Positions 21,660-37,454 are shown, counted from the stretch's first letter. The stretch is DNA of 64,000 bases from the human T2T-CHM13v2.0 reference genome, Homo sapiens (GCF_009914755.1 NC_060941.1); one strand, 5' to 3'. Notes: generated from the letters alone by a model not told the origin. Numbers and translations are program-made.

Positions 21660-22184
21660 TGACGGCGTGGAGACTTATCCGTGTAGATCCACGAAGCCTT
21701 GGTTCACTTATTTTGGCAGCTAGCGAGTGTTCCTCTGTGTGGGGAGGCAGAGTTTGCCCGTCCCGTGGCCCACTGGTGACATCGCCGAAGGTCTTCTCTG
21801 TTACTAGTGCTGCCGGGAACGTGTGTTTCCCCAGGTGGATTTGGCTGGGCTGTGGAGATGCGCTTCTCAGCCCTTCTAGATGTTACCACCACGCCCTCCC
21901 GAGTGGCCTTCTGGTAGGCTCTCCCATGTTCGCTCATTTTCTGTGCCTCAGGCAGCCGCCTCTCTGACTGAGCGTCCAGCTGACTTTTGCCCTGTTTCCC
22001 ACGGTGCACGGAGCATTTCATCTCAGCGGTGCCTGAGCTTCCCTCCCTCTGGCCCTCAGACCCCGGCTGGGATCCTTGGAGCCAACTCCTCTGCCTGACA
22101 TCCCGTGTCGCTAGGTCCTGCTCTTCCATCTTCCAATACCTCTGGGGTGTGTGGCCTTTTCCCCAGTGCCCCCATCATCCCTTC

Positions 22185-22615
22185 TGTCCTAGGTTGAACC
22201 GTGTCCCCCACAAACTCATGTCCACCAAAAACCTCAGAATGTGACCTGGGAGTTGGAGATGGGGTCTTTGCAGATGTAAGTAGTTAAGGATCTTGAGATG
22301 AGGTCATTCTGGATTAGGGTGGGCCCTAAATCCAACAACTGGTGTCCTTAAAAGAAGCAGAGAGGCCACAGACACACCGGGGAGAGCCACGTGAAGGCAG
22401 GAGCAGATGATGGAGTGACGCAGCCCCAGGCCAGGGAGCGTCTGGGAAGAGGCAAGGAAGGACCCCCCCCCGACCCCACCCCAGAGCCTCCCTAGGGAGT
22501 GTGGCCTTGCTGACACCTTGATTTTGGACCTCTGGCCTCCAGCATGGGAGAGAACCCGCTTCCATTTTTTCAAGCCCCACAGCTGTGGTCCATTATGGCA
22601 GCCACAGGACACTGA
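22185..22615 (+). mobile_element. MLT1B/C MaLR LTR
   Basis: acctcagaatgtgacct...gtctttgcagatgtaagtagttaagg...ctgacaccttgattttggacctctggcctccag. Confidence 0.85.
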
Positions 22616-24074
22616 TGCACCTCCCACCTGGCCGCTGTGGATGGACGACCCCGCCCGCAGGAAGTCTCCCTCAAGCACTGCAGGTGTCTCTGCCCTCACA
22701 GGGGACGCCTGCACAAGTAGGTGTGAAAAAAGGGCCCTGTGGGGGCAGGGCCTGGGCTGGTGCTCGCTGCCTCCCTTCATCCTATGCTAGTTCCCATGCC
22801 TCTTCCGGCAGGAGTGCCTGGCTCCACCTGGTGAATCAGAGCCAAACTCTCCTGACAATTGGCTGTCACTTATTTAACTGCCACCATCCCCAGGAGACAG
22901 AAAATGCCAGAAGGGTGGGGCCTGTGCAGTGCCTCCTCGCTATTTCCCCAGGGCACCGTGCCACGTTGCCTCAATGCACAGAGTAGCTGCTCAAAGTGTG
23001 TCGGACGAACAGGTGCCCCATGCCCAGCCATGCAGACAAAAGTGTGCCACGTGGAGGGAGCTGGTCGTGGAAGAGACCACCAGCATCTTGGCTGCCCGAG
23101 GACCTTGCCCCTGGGCTCTTGCAGGCACCCCTAGTTCATTACTTCCTCTCTCACCCATAGCTACCCGCTCTTCCTCTATTTCTCTGATATCAGCCTTGCC
23201 ACCCACCCAGGTTTGCAAGCAGGAAATCTCAGAGTTGACCTTGACCTCTGCCTCCCCAGCACCCCCAGGTCTCAACAGGCTGCCAAGATCTCATCAACTC
23301 GCCCTCTGCATACTGACCCTTGGACAGGCTGCCCCGGTCACGGTCATGTCTTGGTTGGGCCTCCATCATCCCTCCTTGGACCAGCAGGTGCCATCCTCCC
23401 CACCCCTGCCCTGCTGTGGCTCCTTCCCCTCCACGGCCAACATTTAGAGGACGATTACCACTTCCCTCCCTGTGTGCTGGGGACCGGGTGATAGGATCCC
23501 TCCACCCGATCATTTCCATTAGACCTGGGCCGGGTCTTCTTACTCACAGAGCCCTTAGTTTCCGCCCCCAAAGCCTCGAGGGTGGATTCGTGCTGCCGCC
23601 CAGCCTGGCCCTGATACCGCTTTCCAGCCTGGAGCCCCCTGCTTCTGCGCTCCTGGCTCTGAGTGCTCGGGCCCCCCCTGGATGGGTTGCCACTTGTCCT
23701 CTGGAAAGCAGGGCTTCCATGCTCCTGGACCTCCTAGCTGACTCAGGTGACTTTGGGCCATCTTGTCACACCCCTTCTATCAGCTTGGCCTTGGTTATTT
23801 CTGTGTCCTCCATAGCCTCGGACCAGAGCCACGGCGGGATGCTTTCCTGGTGCGTGGCAGGCAGTCAGGAAATATTGCTGGACTGACCTTGATAGGAGAT
23901 GCTTGGGAGAATTGCCCAAAAAACTAGCTTAAAATGCAAATATTGGCCTTCTTTTGCGTTGGCTAAAGAGTAGCATTTCTCCGTTTGCCTCCCGGGTAAG
24001 AAATTGATGGCGAATGCAATGTCTCTAGGGAGGAGAAGAAGGTGACAAAAAGGGTCTGTATAACGGGGCACACG

Positions 24075-24245
24075 CTAGGCATTTGTGACTATTTAAGTTT
24101 AAATTATAACATAAATGCGAAACTCTTTGCCTTGGTAGCCCTTCCACATTGCAAGCGTTCACTGCCACATGTGGCTGCCATATTGACTACGGCAGATACA
24201 GAACATTGACATCATTGCGGAGAGTTCTATGGGGGGGCGCTGGTT
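24075..24245. mobile_element. MER33/MER3-like hAT fragment
   Basis: gccacatgtggctgcc...cagatacagaacattgacatcattgcggagagttctatgg. Confidence 0.6.
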
Positions 24246-24947
24246 TAGATCATCTTCACGTTGGATCCACAAATTCATTGTTTATCCAGTGAACGGTTAC
24301 TGGGCACCTACTGAGCAAGCAGGATGAAAGACACCCGCTCTCGGGGGAGTCTTCCGTTGGCTGCAGAGAAGCTTAAACTCAGGGGACCTGGGGCAAACTC
24401 TGCAAGGGCCCTTGGCCTCTGCACCCCCAGACCTCCCTCGCTCTGCAGGGGCAGTCGGGGGCCCCCTCTAGGAATGGAGCGCCAGCTCCAGCTCCTGTCA
24501 GGCTACAGCCCGGATGGTTGGCTGAGCACGAGCATGTGAGAGTGGAATTGGGCCCAACCGGGCTGCTTCTCCCCGTTGTCTTGGTTTCCTTCCACGCTGA
24601 CCTGGAAGGACTCCTAAAGCAACAGGCCTGCCCAGGCGGTTTGCACCAGTAAACCCTGCAGCGGCCCCAAGGGCAGAGATAGCTGGATTGTATTTATTTA
24701 GGAACAGCCAAAGTCTGAGGCACAATAAAAAGTGGAGAAAGATTCCAGAGAGGAATGCAGCTGGCCTCAGCCTGGGAATCCGTCTTGCTTGGGAGGCTGT
24801 AGGCGGGCCAGGCTGGGGCCAGCCTGGAGGGTCTTGGCTGGCTCTGCTGGCAGGTACAGTAGCAGGGTCAGCAGGAGGGAGTCCAGGACGGAGCTCCTTC
24901 ATTTTTAATTCAGGGAAGCAAACTTCAGTGGTTGAGTCTGAGGATGA

Positions 24948-25810
<863 letters not shown>

Positions 25811-26521
25811 TAGGTGAGGGGACATGGAAGATGGCAGCAAATCCGAGCCCAGAGCATCAGAAAGCATGCTTTCAGCCAAAGATGCGTTCTCTCCACCTCC
25901 GCGCAGCACCCTTCCCCAGTGTGTACTCCTGGAGCAAGGTGGGGCCGATCCTACGAAGACCCTTTCCCGAAGGCCCCTGCTGCCCACATCAGTGTCACCT
26001 GGACCGCCTGCTCCCTTTTCTGGATGGCTGGACCAGCCCCAGGGCCTCCTGGCCTGGTGTGGGGAGCACAGTCCACCCTGGGGAATGCCTGGTATGTGTC
26101 CCCTCCCCACTGGGTACCAGGGGATGAAGCTGTGCTTCGTGGAAGGGGACAGAGGCGCTGGTGCCCAGGATGGTGCACCTGGGGCGGCTGAACTGGACCT
26201 GGCCCCTACTGGGCCCCTGTGGAGCCCAGATTGTTGTGAGAAGGGGTGGGGAAAGGCAGGTGATCCGCACCTTTCACTTTTGTTTCACATGGGAACAGGG
26301 GCTTATCCTGCACACATATTCAGTTTGGAGTATGAATTTCCATGAAGAGGAAAATCTCTATTAGGCTCTGATGTCAGGATTGTCCGTGAGGGCCGGGCCG
26401 TGTTCTGGGGCAAGGACAGGAGTGGAGGGGGCAACCAGGGAAGGCTTCCTAATGGAGGAGGCATTTGATAGCATCTTGAAAAAGAAGCAGTTCCTAGGCC
26501 AAGCCAGAGACTGAAGAATGA

Positions 26522-26828
<307 letters not shown>

Positions 26829-27944
26829 ACGACCACCTAACTTCTTTCTACAAGATGCCCCCTGGCTGACGCAAAGCAGGTTGAGTGAGTGTGACACTTC
26901 CTTCCTGTCTGTGGGTTCCGGCCTTTCCAGAGCCCGGCCAGTGCTATTGGAGACAAAGTGGCCTTCGCTCTTCCTTCCCGCCCTGCCAGGCCCAGCCTGT
27001 GCCGCTGAGCCCCACTTTGCAATTAAGAGGAGCTGTGAACCAGTGATGCTGATGTCGCAGAAAAGTGGCCAGGGGTCTATGGGGGGTGAAGGACAGGGAT
27101 GCCGCCCTGAGAACTGTCTGGAAGGGGCTTTTGGGTAACAGTGCCCACTCCAGGGTGTGGGCAGGCTGGGGTGGCTGGGAGCTGGGCTCATAGGCTGGCA
27201 CAACCAGAGTTTCCCAAAGCCGTGGGCCTGAGGGCCCTGCCTTCCTGGGACAGCAACCTTTGGTCCAATTTGGGAAAAGGTGGGTTAAACCAAGCCCAGC
27301 TCCCTCACTGTAGGATTACTCAGTGCGTTTAGTATGCAAATGTGCCTCTGAATCTAAGACAGGACCACAGAAACCTCTTCAGTGTTCCTCTGGAGGGAGG
27401 GACCGCGGGGGATCCACCGCAGGGGCCTGGGTCTGCACTGGCCTGGTGAAGTGCCCCCTTAGTGCTTACACCATGCGCGGTGAGAGGTTGGCCCTCGCCT
27501 CCCCCACCCTCTGCTGGCCTTACCTCACCACCTCTGCACTCGCCTCCCAGCCGGCTCATGACTAACTCCTGCCTCTTCAGAGCCAATCGGTGCTGCCAGG
27601 TTTTCCATTTCAAGTGATCCCCCGCCTGGGCCAAAATGTTTGGATTTTCAGGCACGGAGGGGAGATGGACCTCAGGCCAAACCATGCTGGGTAAAACTGA
27701 GGGTCAAGGCTGTGCTCAGCAAGTGCTCCAGCCCTGGCCGTCAAACCCATAGTGTGCACAGCGTGCAGGAGGTGGCTGGGTGAATGAACTCAGTCATAGC
27801 CCGGCCCCTCACTCGGGGCTGTTCCCAAGTTCCCACCGCCAGCCAGGCTGGGTCAGAGCCTCGTGGGGCCTTCCTGGGCTTCCCTGCCCCACAGCAGGAG
27901 TTCGTATGGAGAGTCTCGAGTGAGGTTAATGGGTTTTCTTCCTC

Positions 27945-28113
27945 TTCTTTTTTTTTTTTTTTATTTGAGACAGGGTCTCACTCTTTTTACCCAGCCAGGG
28001 TGCAGTAGTGCAATTATAGCTCACAGCAGCCTCGAACTCCTGGCTTCAAGCAATCCTTCCGCCGCAGCCTCCCAAAGTGCTGAGATTACAGGCACGTGCC
28101 ACCTTGCCCAGCT
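27945..28113 (-). mobile_element. Alu monomer/fragment
   Basis: Poly-T plus one arm. Confidence 0.8.
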
Positions 28114-28364
28114 GGGGTTTCTGCTTTTTACTTTTTCTCTTGTTTCTAAACTCAATACAAAGAAAGATATTACATTTATAATCAGAAAAACCAACAAGGA
28201 ATATTATTTCAAAATTGGAAAAGGGATTAAAGAAACAAACCAAGAAACCTCTGCGATTCCTGCCCATCGGAGTCAGTGGTTGTTAGTGGTTGGCTTAACA
28301 CAATGTTTTAGGAAGAAATAGAATAACAGAAAGCAACTCCAGTGAGCTGAGCCCTGGCTCCGTC

Positions 28365-29765
<1,401 letters not shown>

Positions 29766-30199
29766 ACTATGATCCCTCCCTTCCTCCCCAGCCTCCCACC
29801 TCGGCTGAGATGCTGTCCCCACCTCCCTCACTGTCTGGCTGCCTGTGGGGCTGTCCTCCAGGCTCTTTGGGAGGAGGTGGTTGCTTGATGTCTCCCAGAA
29901 GGCTGGGAATGGTCCTCCCCACCCCCCAGGAAGATGTCCTTTCTGCCAAGGAGATTGCATTTGGGGTCCTATCCCAGGCAGAGAGCGGACGGGACTGTGG
30001 CCTGAAGTGGCACTTCAGGGCCTTTGGCTCTGTCATCTAGCCGAGGGCTGTGCATGGGCCTCACCTGGTCACAGGTAACTCACCTGGCTCTGTGGGGCAG
30101 GGATTGTAAACTCAGAGGCCTGCGGGGTGTGTCGAGGTAGAGGGGTGCAAATATTGTAAATTTGTTGGGGGCCTTGGGGAGCAGCACAGACTGAAAAGT

Positions 30200-31000
30200 G
30201 TTTTGTCTGAAGAGCAGAACTGTCTTATACCAGCCCTGTGCGGCCAGGCAGGAAGGCTTCCGTGGTGCGGCCACGCGTCCTCCCTTTCTCAACAGAAGCT
30301 GACAGTCTGGAGTTTTCAGAGAGATTGCCTGAGTTCTCAGCCTTGGCACAAACACACATTCTCTTTAAACAGGCTTGGGCCAACAGAACCAGCCTCCGTG
30401 TCTCGGGTTTGAATGAACCCTTGAGGTGAAGCTTAAAGACAGAGAGGATGCCCCTGATCCCCACCCCAGGGACCCACATTGTAAACCCCCACCTGCTCTG
30501 CTGAGCCCTTGGCCTCAGCATGGACCCTGACCATGTGCTGGTGGGGACCCCCCAGGTAAGTAAGCAGCCTCTGAGGACCCCGGATGAACAGTGGGGAACA
30601 GCACTGATCCCCCAGTGGGGCCCCGAGTTCCCGGAGAGGAAGACTCGCTCCCTCCCAGGGGACGGCTAGAGACTCACTGACTCATGCGTGTGTGGTAGGA
30701 ATCTTCCAGGAAGTCCCCGTCCCGTTCGCCCTCTCTGCCTGGGCGGGGACGGCAACTGCCTCTGTCACTGCAGACTAATGGGACGGAGGGGGGTGACTTC
30801 TCAGGGTTCCTCCTGGGCAGGTGCTCCGGAACCTTTTCTCAGCACGCTGGCCTGGGGCACGGCCGTTCCTCCTGCCCAGCCACGTTGGGGTACAGGGTGA
30901 AGAAGGGCTGGGGCCAGCCCAGGACAGAGGAAGGCGAGGCAGGCACGCAGGAACTGGGCTTTTTAAACCCTTAAGCCCAAGGAAATCGTAGCATCGCGGG
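30200..31000 (+). promoter_or_regulatory. Alternative promoter region for SEPT9_v3, with AP-1/STAT/ETS/NF-kB motif cluster and GC box
   Basis: TGACTCA 30678-84, TTCCAGGAA 30704-12, CAGGAAGT 30707-14, GGAAGTCCCC 30709-18, GGGCGGGG near 30741; raised CpG density. Confidence 0.6.
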
Positions 31001-31568
31001 ACAGGGAAAATGAAAGACTTTGGAAGTCGTCAGGAATTTGACTCTGTGAGTTGGTTTCCAAGAGTCTAAGTTAAGCATCTCCAAGTGGATATTAAAAAGG
31101 AGCAGCAAGCCTCGGGGCGGCGGGGGCTGGAGGAGGTGGAGAGAGGAGGCTGCCGGAAGCCGCACTCGGGACCTCTGCAGCCACCGACCAGACCGGGCGG
31201 CCGGGACTCTGGGACTCTCGCAGGCAGACCCGGTGGTCTGCCGGACTCCTCGGGGCCCACTTCGGGCCCTCTCTCCTGCCTCCTATTTTTGGATTTCTCT
31301 CCTTTGCTCCCTTTTTCCTCCCGTTTTGAAGAGACAATGCTACTTCAGTTTGGAGCACAAACATATGATCAGCACATGGAAATGTGGTAATTCGGATGCA
31401 TTCGTGATTGCAACAGATTGAAGAAATTAGACCAGACAAAGAGTGTTTTTAGAGGAGGAGGAGGAGGAGGAGGAGGCTGAGAGAGGGAGGGCGACGGGGG
31501 TGAGAAAGGGGAGGCCGCCTCTGAGCGGGACGCCGGGACTCCCGCCGCTGCTAAATATATCCGTAGGA
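30760..31568 (+). other. SEPTIN9: Long 5'UTR of the SEPT9_v3 alternative first exon (5' boundary approximate), with uORFs and a (GAG)8 tract
   Basis: Unique, CpG-enriched, repeat-free sequence upstream of ATG 31569; v3 is known to have a long first exon; TSS cannot be fixed from sequence alone. Confidence 0.65.
31452..31475 (+). repeat. (GAG)8 trinucleotide repeat in 5'UTR
   Basis: Direct reading. Confidence 0.95.
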
Positions 31569-31590
31569 ATGGAGAGGGACCGGATCTCAG
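31569..31590 (+). CDS. SEPTIN9: SEPTIN9 isoform 3 first coding segment MERDRIS(A), phase-1 donor
   Basis: ggaATGG Kozak context; ATG GAG AGG GAC CGG ATC TCA G|GTACGC; matches SEPT9_i3 N-terminus MERDRISALKRSFEVEE. Confidence 0.96.
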
Positions 31591-32600
31591 GTACGCAGAC
31601 AGCCCCCTCCCCATCGGCCGCCCCCCACTGCCCTGGACTCGGGGCTTTATTTATGCTTGGGGGAATAAGCATGCAAAGGGCGCTTTTGCTCATTTTTCAC
31701 AGAAATATTTCTTTTCTTTTTGACGGTTCCAAGCTCGTGGGATGAACTCCGTCTCAGAAGCTAAGCTCTCCTGAGTCTGGCTTTTATTTAAACTCGGCTC
31801 TCCTCTCTCCTGGCTACTTCCCTTTCATTTTCCAGTGTGCCATTCTTGCATGTCATGGCCACTGTCAATGCTGAGGCTGTTGGCGCCGAAACCTTGGGAG
31901 GGTGTGGGGGACCTGCCCCCCTGGCTCGGGTCTGGGGCGGCGGCGCTTGGACCTGGCTGGTGGTTGGTTTGTCCACTGTGTGGTTTGTTTTTTGCTTCCA
32001 GCCAAAGTCTGTCTTCAAGGCTGCCTCGGTCTCCTACCTGAAATAGCATTTCTGTGCCTTCCTGGCAGTTGATTATAGAGGGGGAAGCTCCCGGCGCTCA
32101 GAGGAGCCTGGCGTGTGTGTGCACGTGTGTGTGCATGTGTGTGCGTGTGTCCATTCACGCTGGCAGCCCCCTTGCCGCAGGCACAGACCCATCAGGGCGT
32201 GAACAGGCAAATGAAGAGAAAGGGGGCTCCCCTGCCTTTAGTTCACCCCAGCTTTCCAGGCCCTCCCTCCCAGGCCCAGCCTCCTTGGTCCCTTCACTCA
32301 CATGCGGTGCCGTGGCTGCCATCTCACGTGGCCAGCGCCGTCATCGGTAATTAGCAGTGATGACAGTTTCTGCCGCTCATGCCGCCCTCTGAGCCCAGCG
32401 CTGGGAGACATGGGGTGGCTGAGCCAAGCTCCAGGCTTTGGGTATTCTGAAGTGACCTAGGGGCCATGGAGCGGGAGGTCGCTAAGAGTGTCAACCCCTA
32501 CGTGCCTTGGGCCCTGGTCTGTTGGTTGCCACTATGTGTGTGTTGGGGGGTCCCTGAGAGGCCTGAGAGAGGGAGGCCCATCTCGGTGGCTCCTCTCTAG

Positions 32601-32929
<329 letters not shown>

Positions 32930-35119
32930 TCAGGGCCACATCTTGATTGTCACGTTGGGACTGGTGGAGCGGGTGTGTGTTGTGCCGCTGAGCACACCCA
33001 GTCGGGCACAGCAGGCGGACCTCAGGAGGGGGCCAGGGGAGACGGCAGAAGGCTTGGGTGGCAGTGAAACTGCATCTTATCTGTTTGAGCTTGGGGGCTC
33101 AGGCCCGCTGGGACGGGTGGGTGTGGAGCCCAGCGTCCTGCTCTCCGCCCAGCAGGAGCCGCAGGGCAGGGAGCGCTGAGAGGGACCTTCGTCAGGCTTG
33201 CACAGTGGAGCCGTCCTCGGAGTGACCACCCCACCAGGCAGCCTGGGCAGACCACAGTGGGTCCCCTGCCTCCTGGGCCACCAGCCCCAGGAGGACGTCA
33301 CTCCACCCGCCTGGCTGGCAGGGGCCTCGGGGAGCCTCGGGTTCGGCCTTCACTTTATAGATGATCTAGCCGAGGCCCAGATGGGTGACCAGCAGGGGAT
33401 CTGAGAGCTGAGCAGAGAGGCGTGGGTTTGGGGGTGGTGCTCCCTGGGGAGCTGGAAGTGATGGCACCCTCCCAGGCTCACAAAACACGGGCTTTTCATG
33501 AACTGAACAAAACACTCTTTGAAAGCAGCCAGTGCTGTGCCCCAGAGACCACTCTGATCCCTGCTGCCCTTGGCTGAGGACAGCACAGCCAGGGATGAAG
33601 CGGGGACCTCCCCTCGGGCTGTGCCTTGATGAAAGATGCTTTCTACAAAATCCCATTCGGATGTGTTTTCATGTAAGAAAACGTACATTTTTAGAAACTC
33701 AGTTGTAAACTGGCTGCCTTCCGAATGAACACGACAGTCCCGGAGCTGTTTCCCTTAATGAGGTTCTCGTCCTGGGCAAACTTTAGCGCTGGTCTTTAAT
33801 TGTCACTGAACTCCCGCACAGTCCCTGGGGAAGTGACTTCCTTCCTGTCCCTGCTGGGTGGCCTTGAGCAAGCCACTTGGCAGCTCTGGGCCGCAGTTCC
33901 GTCATCTGCAAGGTGAGGGGTGGGAGCGGCACGGCCCCTAGGCAGCGCCCCCACCTCCTGCGGGTTTCTGCGCGTGTCCTGAGTTTTGTGGGCGCCTCTT
34001 CCCTCACTGAGGGGCTCTTCTTCTCTGCAGGGCATGGCTCACGCCGCGTTGTCAGGCTGCAAGCCACTGCGAGAGCTGCTCTGATCCCCAAGCATGCTCT
34101 GGCCTGAGGAGGAGCCATGGGGAGGACGCTGTGCCTGTGTGACAGAGGCCTGCCCGGCAGATGCCGGCCCGCTGACTTCCAGACGTGGCTGTGGGTGCCT
34201 CATGCCCCACTGGGCTGGCGTGTGAGGCGTGTCCAGCTCAGGCTGCCCTACAGCTGCCCAGGAAGGGTTTGTGGGAGGGGGTGGTCCTACCCTGGTGAGT
34301 CCACGGTGGTCTGCCAGCCCCAGGGAAGGCTTAGGAGCCCCAAGACCTGCCCTCTTGTCCCTCCCTCGGCAGTGTCTGGCTCCGGTCTGGTTTGTGAACG
34401 GGGGCCTGGGTACTCTCCCGCCCTCCCTGGGGGCTGTGGCCTTCCCCTGGGAAGGTGCTGGAGGGTTTGTCAGCAGGGCCGGCATGAGTCATGGAGTGGT
34501 GACTGGCCGCTGAGGCATGGAAGGCCACTCCTTCCAGCCAAGGGTCGGAGCTTTTTTTTTGTTCTGGAACGGCTTTGTGGCTTTTACAAATTAAGCAGTT
34601 TTATCTTGTTCCAAGAGCTTGTATTTCAGCAGGGAGAGAGTCTCCAAGAAGGGAACTTTCCACTGGGGAGCTCTGTTGGGCTGGGAGGCTAGGAACAGGC
34701 CACGAGGGAGGGCTGCAGGCAGGGGAAGTGGCCGTCTGTGCATGGTCATGAATGCAGGCCCGGGGTCCTGGAGGGGGCTTGGCCACGCTGTCGCTGGACG
34801 TCTGTCCCCACCAGGGTCCATCTGATGCAGTACGGCACAGGGTAAAGCCCAGCTCCTCTTACGGGGTTCCTGGGTCATCAGTGGGCGGGGAACCGAGGCC
34901 TCCTGGAGGGCGGTGCCTCAGCCCTCACCCCTCCCTCCTGTCCCTCGCTGTGCTGTCCCCGATGGCCTCTGCCATCCCCTGGGAGTTCTTACCCCTGGAC
35001 GCTCGGTGCCTGTCCGGTCTCAACCTCTCCAGCTCTGCTTTTCCATCTCCGAGGTGAGAGGCCTGGCCTGACGCGCTCTGCACCCGCTTCCTGCCCAGCC
35101 CCGTGGGAACTCTGGTCCC

Positions 35120-35570
35120 TGTAGTGGTTTCCTGGGGCTGCCATCACCAGGTGCCACAAACTGGGTGGCTCAAAACACCAGACATTTCTTCTCTCGCCGT
35201 TCTGGAGGCCAGAAGTCCGAAATCACGGCATCAGCAGGCCTGGTTCTTTCCGGAGGCTCCGAGGGGGAGCCTGCTTCTCGCCTCTGGCAGCTTCTGGCGG
35301 CTCCCGAAACCCTTGGCGTTCCTTGGCTCGTGGCCACACCACTCGACCTCTGCCTCCGTTGTCACGGGGCCTCCTTCTGTGCCCTAAATCTCCCCCTGTC
35401 TGTCTCTCATACGGACAGTCTTTCTCGGATTTAGGGCCCACTGGGTAACCCAAAATGGTCCCATCTCAAGATCCTTAACTTCATAACGTCTGCAAAGACC
35501 CTTTTTCCAAATAGGCCATGTTCATAGGCTCTGGGGTGGATGTAAATTTTAGGGGCCACCTTTCATCCCC
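35120..35570 (-). mobile_element. MLT1C/D MaLR LTR
   Basis: ctgggtggctcaaaacaccagacatttc...ttctggaggccagaagtccgaaatc...ctcaagatccttaac...tctgcaaagaccctttttccaaatagg. Confidence 0.85.
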
Positions 35571-35784
35571 CTGTTGTCCCCGTGTGTCTGGATGCACAGT
35601 ATGGTTCCATGTCCCAGACTCCTTGCTGGACCCCTCTGGCCCTTTGGGGTGGCCTTTGGCCTTTTCCACTCGTTTCTGTGCTCCTGGTGAGGTGTCGGGG
35701 TCGGGCTTAGCCCCTGCAGGAATTCTGGGGACAGCATGGAGCCGGCAACTCCCCACCAGGCGTCTTCCTACCTGCCCAGAGCTC

Positions 35785-36575
<791 letters not shown>

Positions 36576-37454
36576 GCTGGTCCAGCCTCATGCTCTGGGC
36601 TCTTGATTCACTTCTCTTCTTTTCTCACGCCCAGCTGGTTCCGCTGGGTGGCGGGGAGGAGTGGGGAAGTCCCGGGCTGGGCCTGCACTCGATCATCCCC
36701 TCTCAGGCCAGCCAGGGAGTCTCAGCTCCTGCCCAGGACCTGGCTGGACGTGCTCCCTACCGGGAAAGCCTGGGCCGTCTTTCTAGGCTGATGGCAGGGC
36801 CAGCCCGGGGCGTCCTGAGGCCTGCCCTGCGGACATGCCCCTTGTTCTAGGTGGTGTGGCTGCCCGGCCTGCGTGTGAGACCAGCTGTCTGTGCTTCAGG
36901 CCATGGAGGCTGAGTGTTTCCAGCCTGTCCCCTTGCTCGGCTCTCCCTCTGGGGAAGCCCCTGCAGCCCATTCTCTGCCTCCGCTTCTGCCATCTGTGCC
37001 TTTGTCTGCTTCCTGTTTGGAGGTGGTCATCCCTGGGGCCACCCCTCATGATCTGGACACGAGTCTCCATCCTGAAGCCACCACCCAAACCCCTGTGCCT
37101 CAAACCCCTCCCACCCACCACATGGGGTTCCACTGTGACCAACTCAGCAGCTGATGAAGCTTCCCTTGGGGCTCTCCTAGCAACGGGGAGCTGGCTTTCC
37201 CGGAGGCCTGGCCTCTCCCTAAGTGGAAGTGGGGCGTGAGGGTGTCAGCCTTTTTCTGCTGCCTGGTGCTCTAGGTTGGCTTGTCACCCCTGGAAGCACT
37301 TGCCATCCTTATACAGCACCCCACACCCACCTCCCCGCCTCCTACCCCTTCTTCCAAGGGGTCATCTCTGCTTCCCTCCCCACCCAACCTCACCCACGTG
37401 GTCCGCCCAGCAACCTTTGACCCCCAACATGACAAAATAAACCTCCCTTGCCGG

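Noticed and set aside
27334-27341. Octamer ATGCAAAT (and isolated AP-1 ATGAGTCAT at 243-251)
   Set aside because: Single short motifs are expected by chance in 64 kb and lack supporting context
31100-31650. Possible mSEPT9 colorectal-cancer methylation biomarker island
   Set aside because: As I recall, that island is at a more downstream SEPT9 promoter outside this window; cannot be supported here
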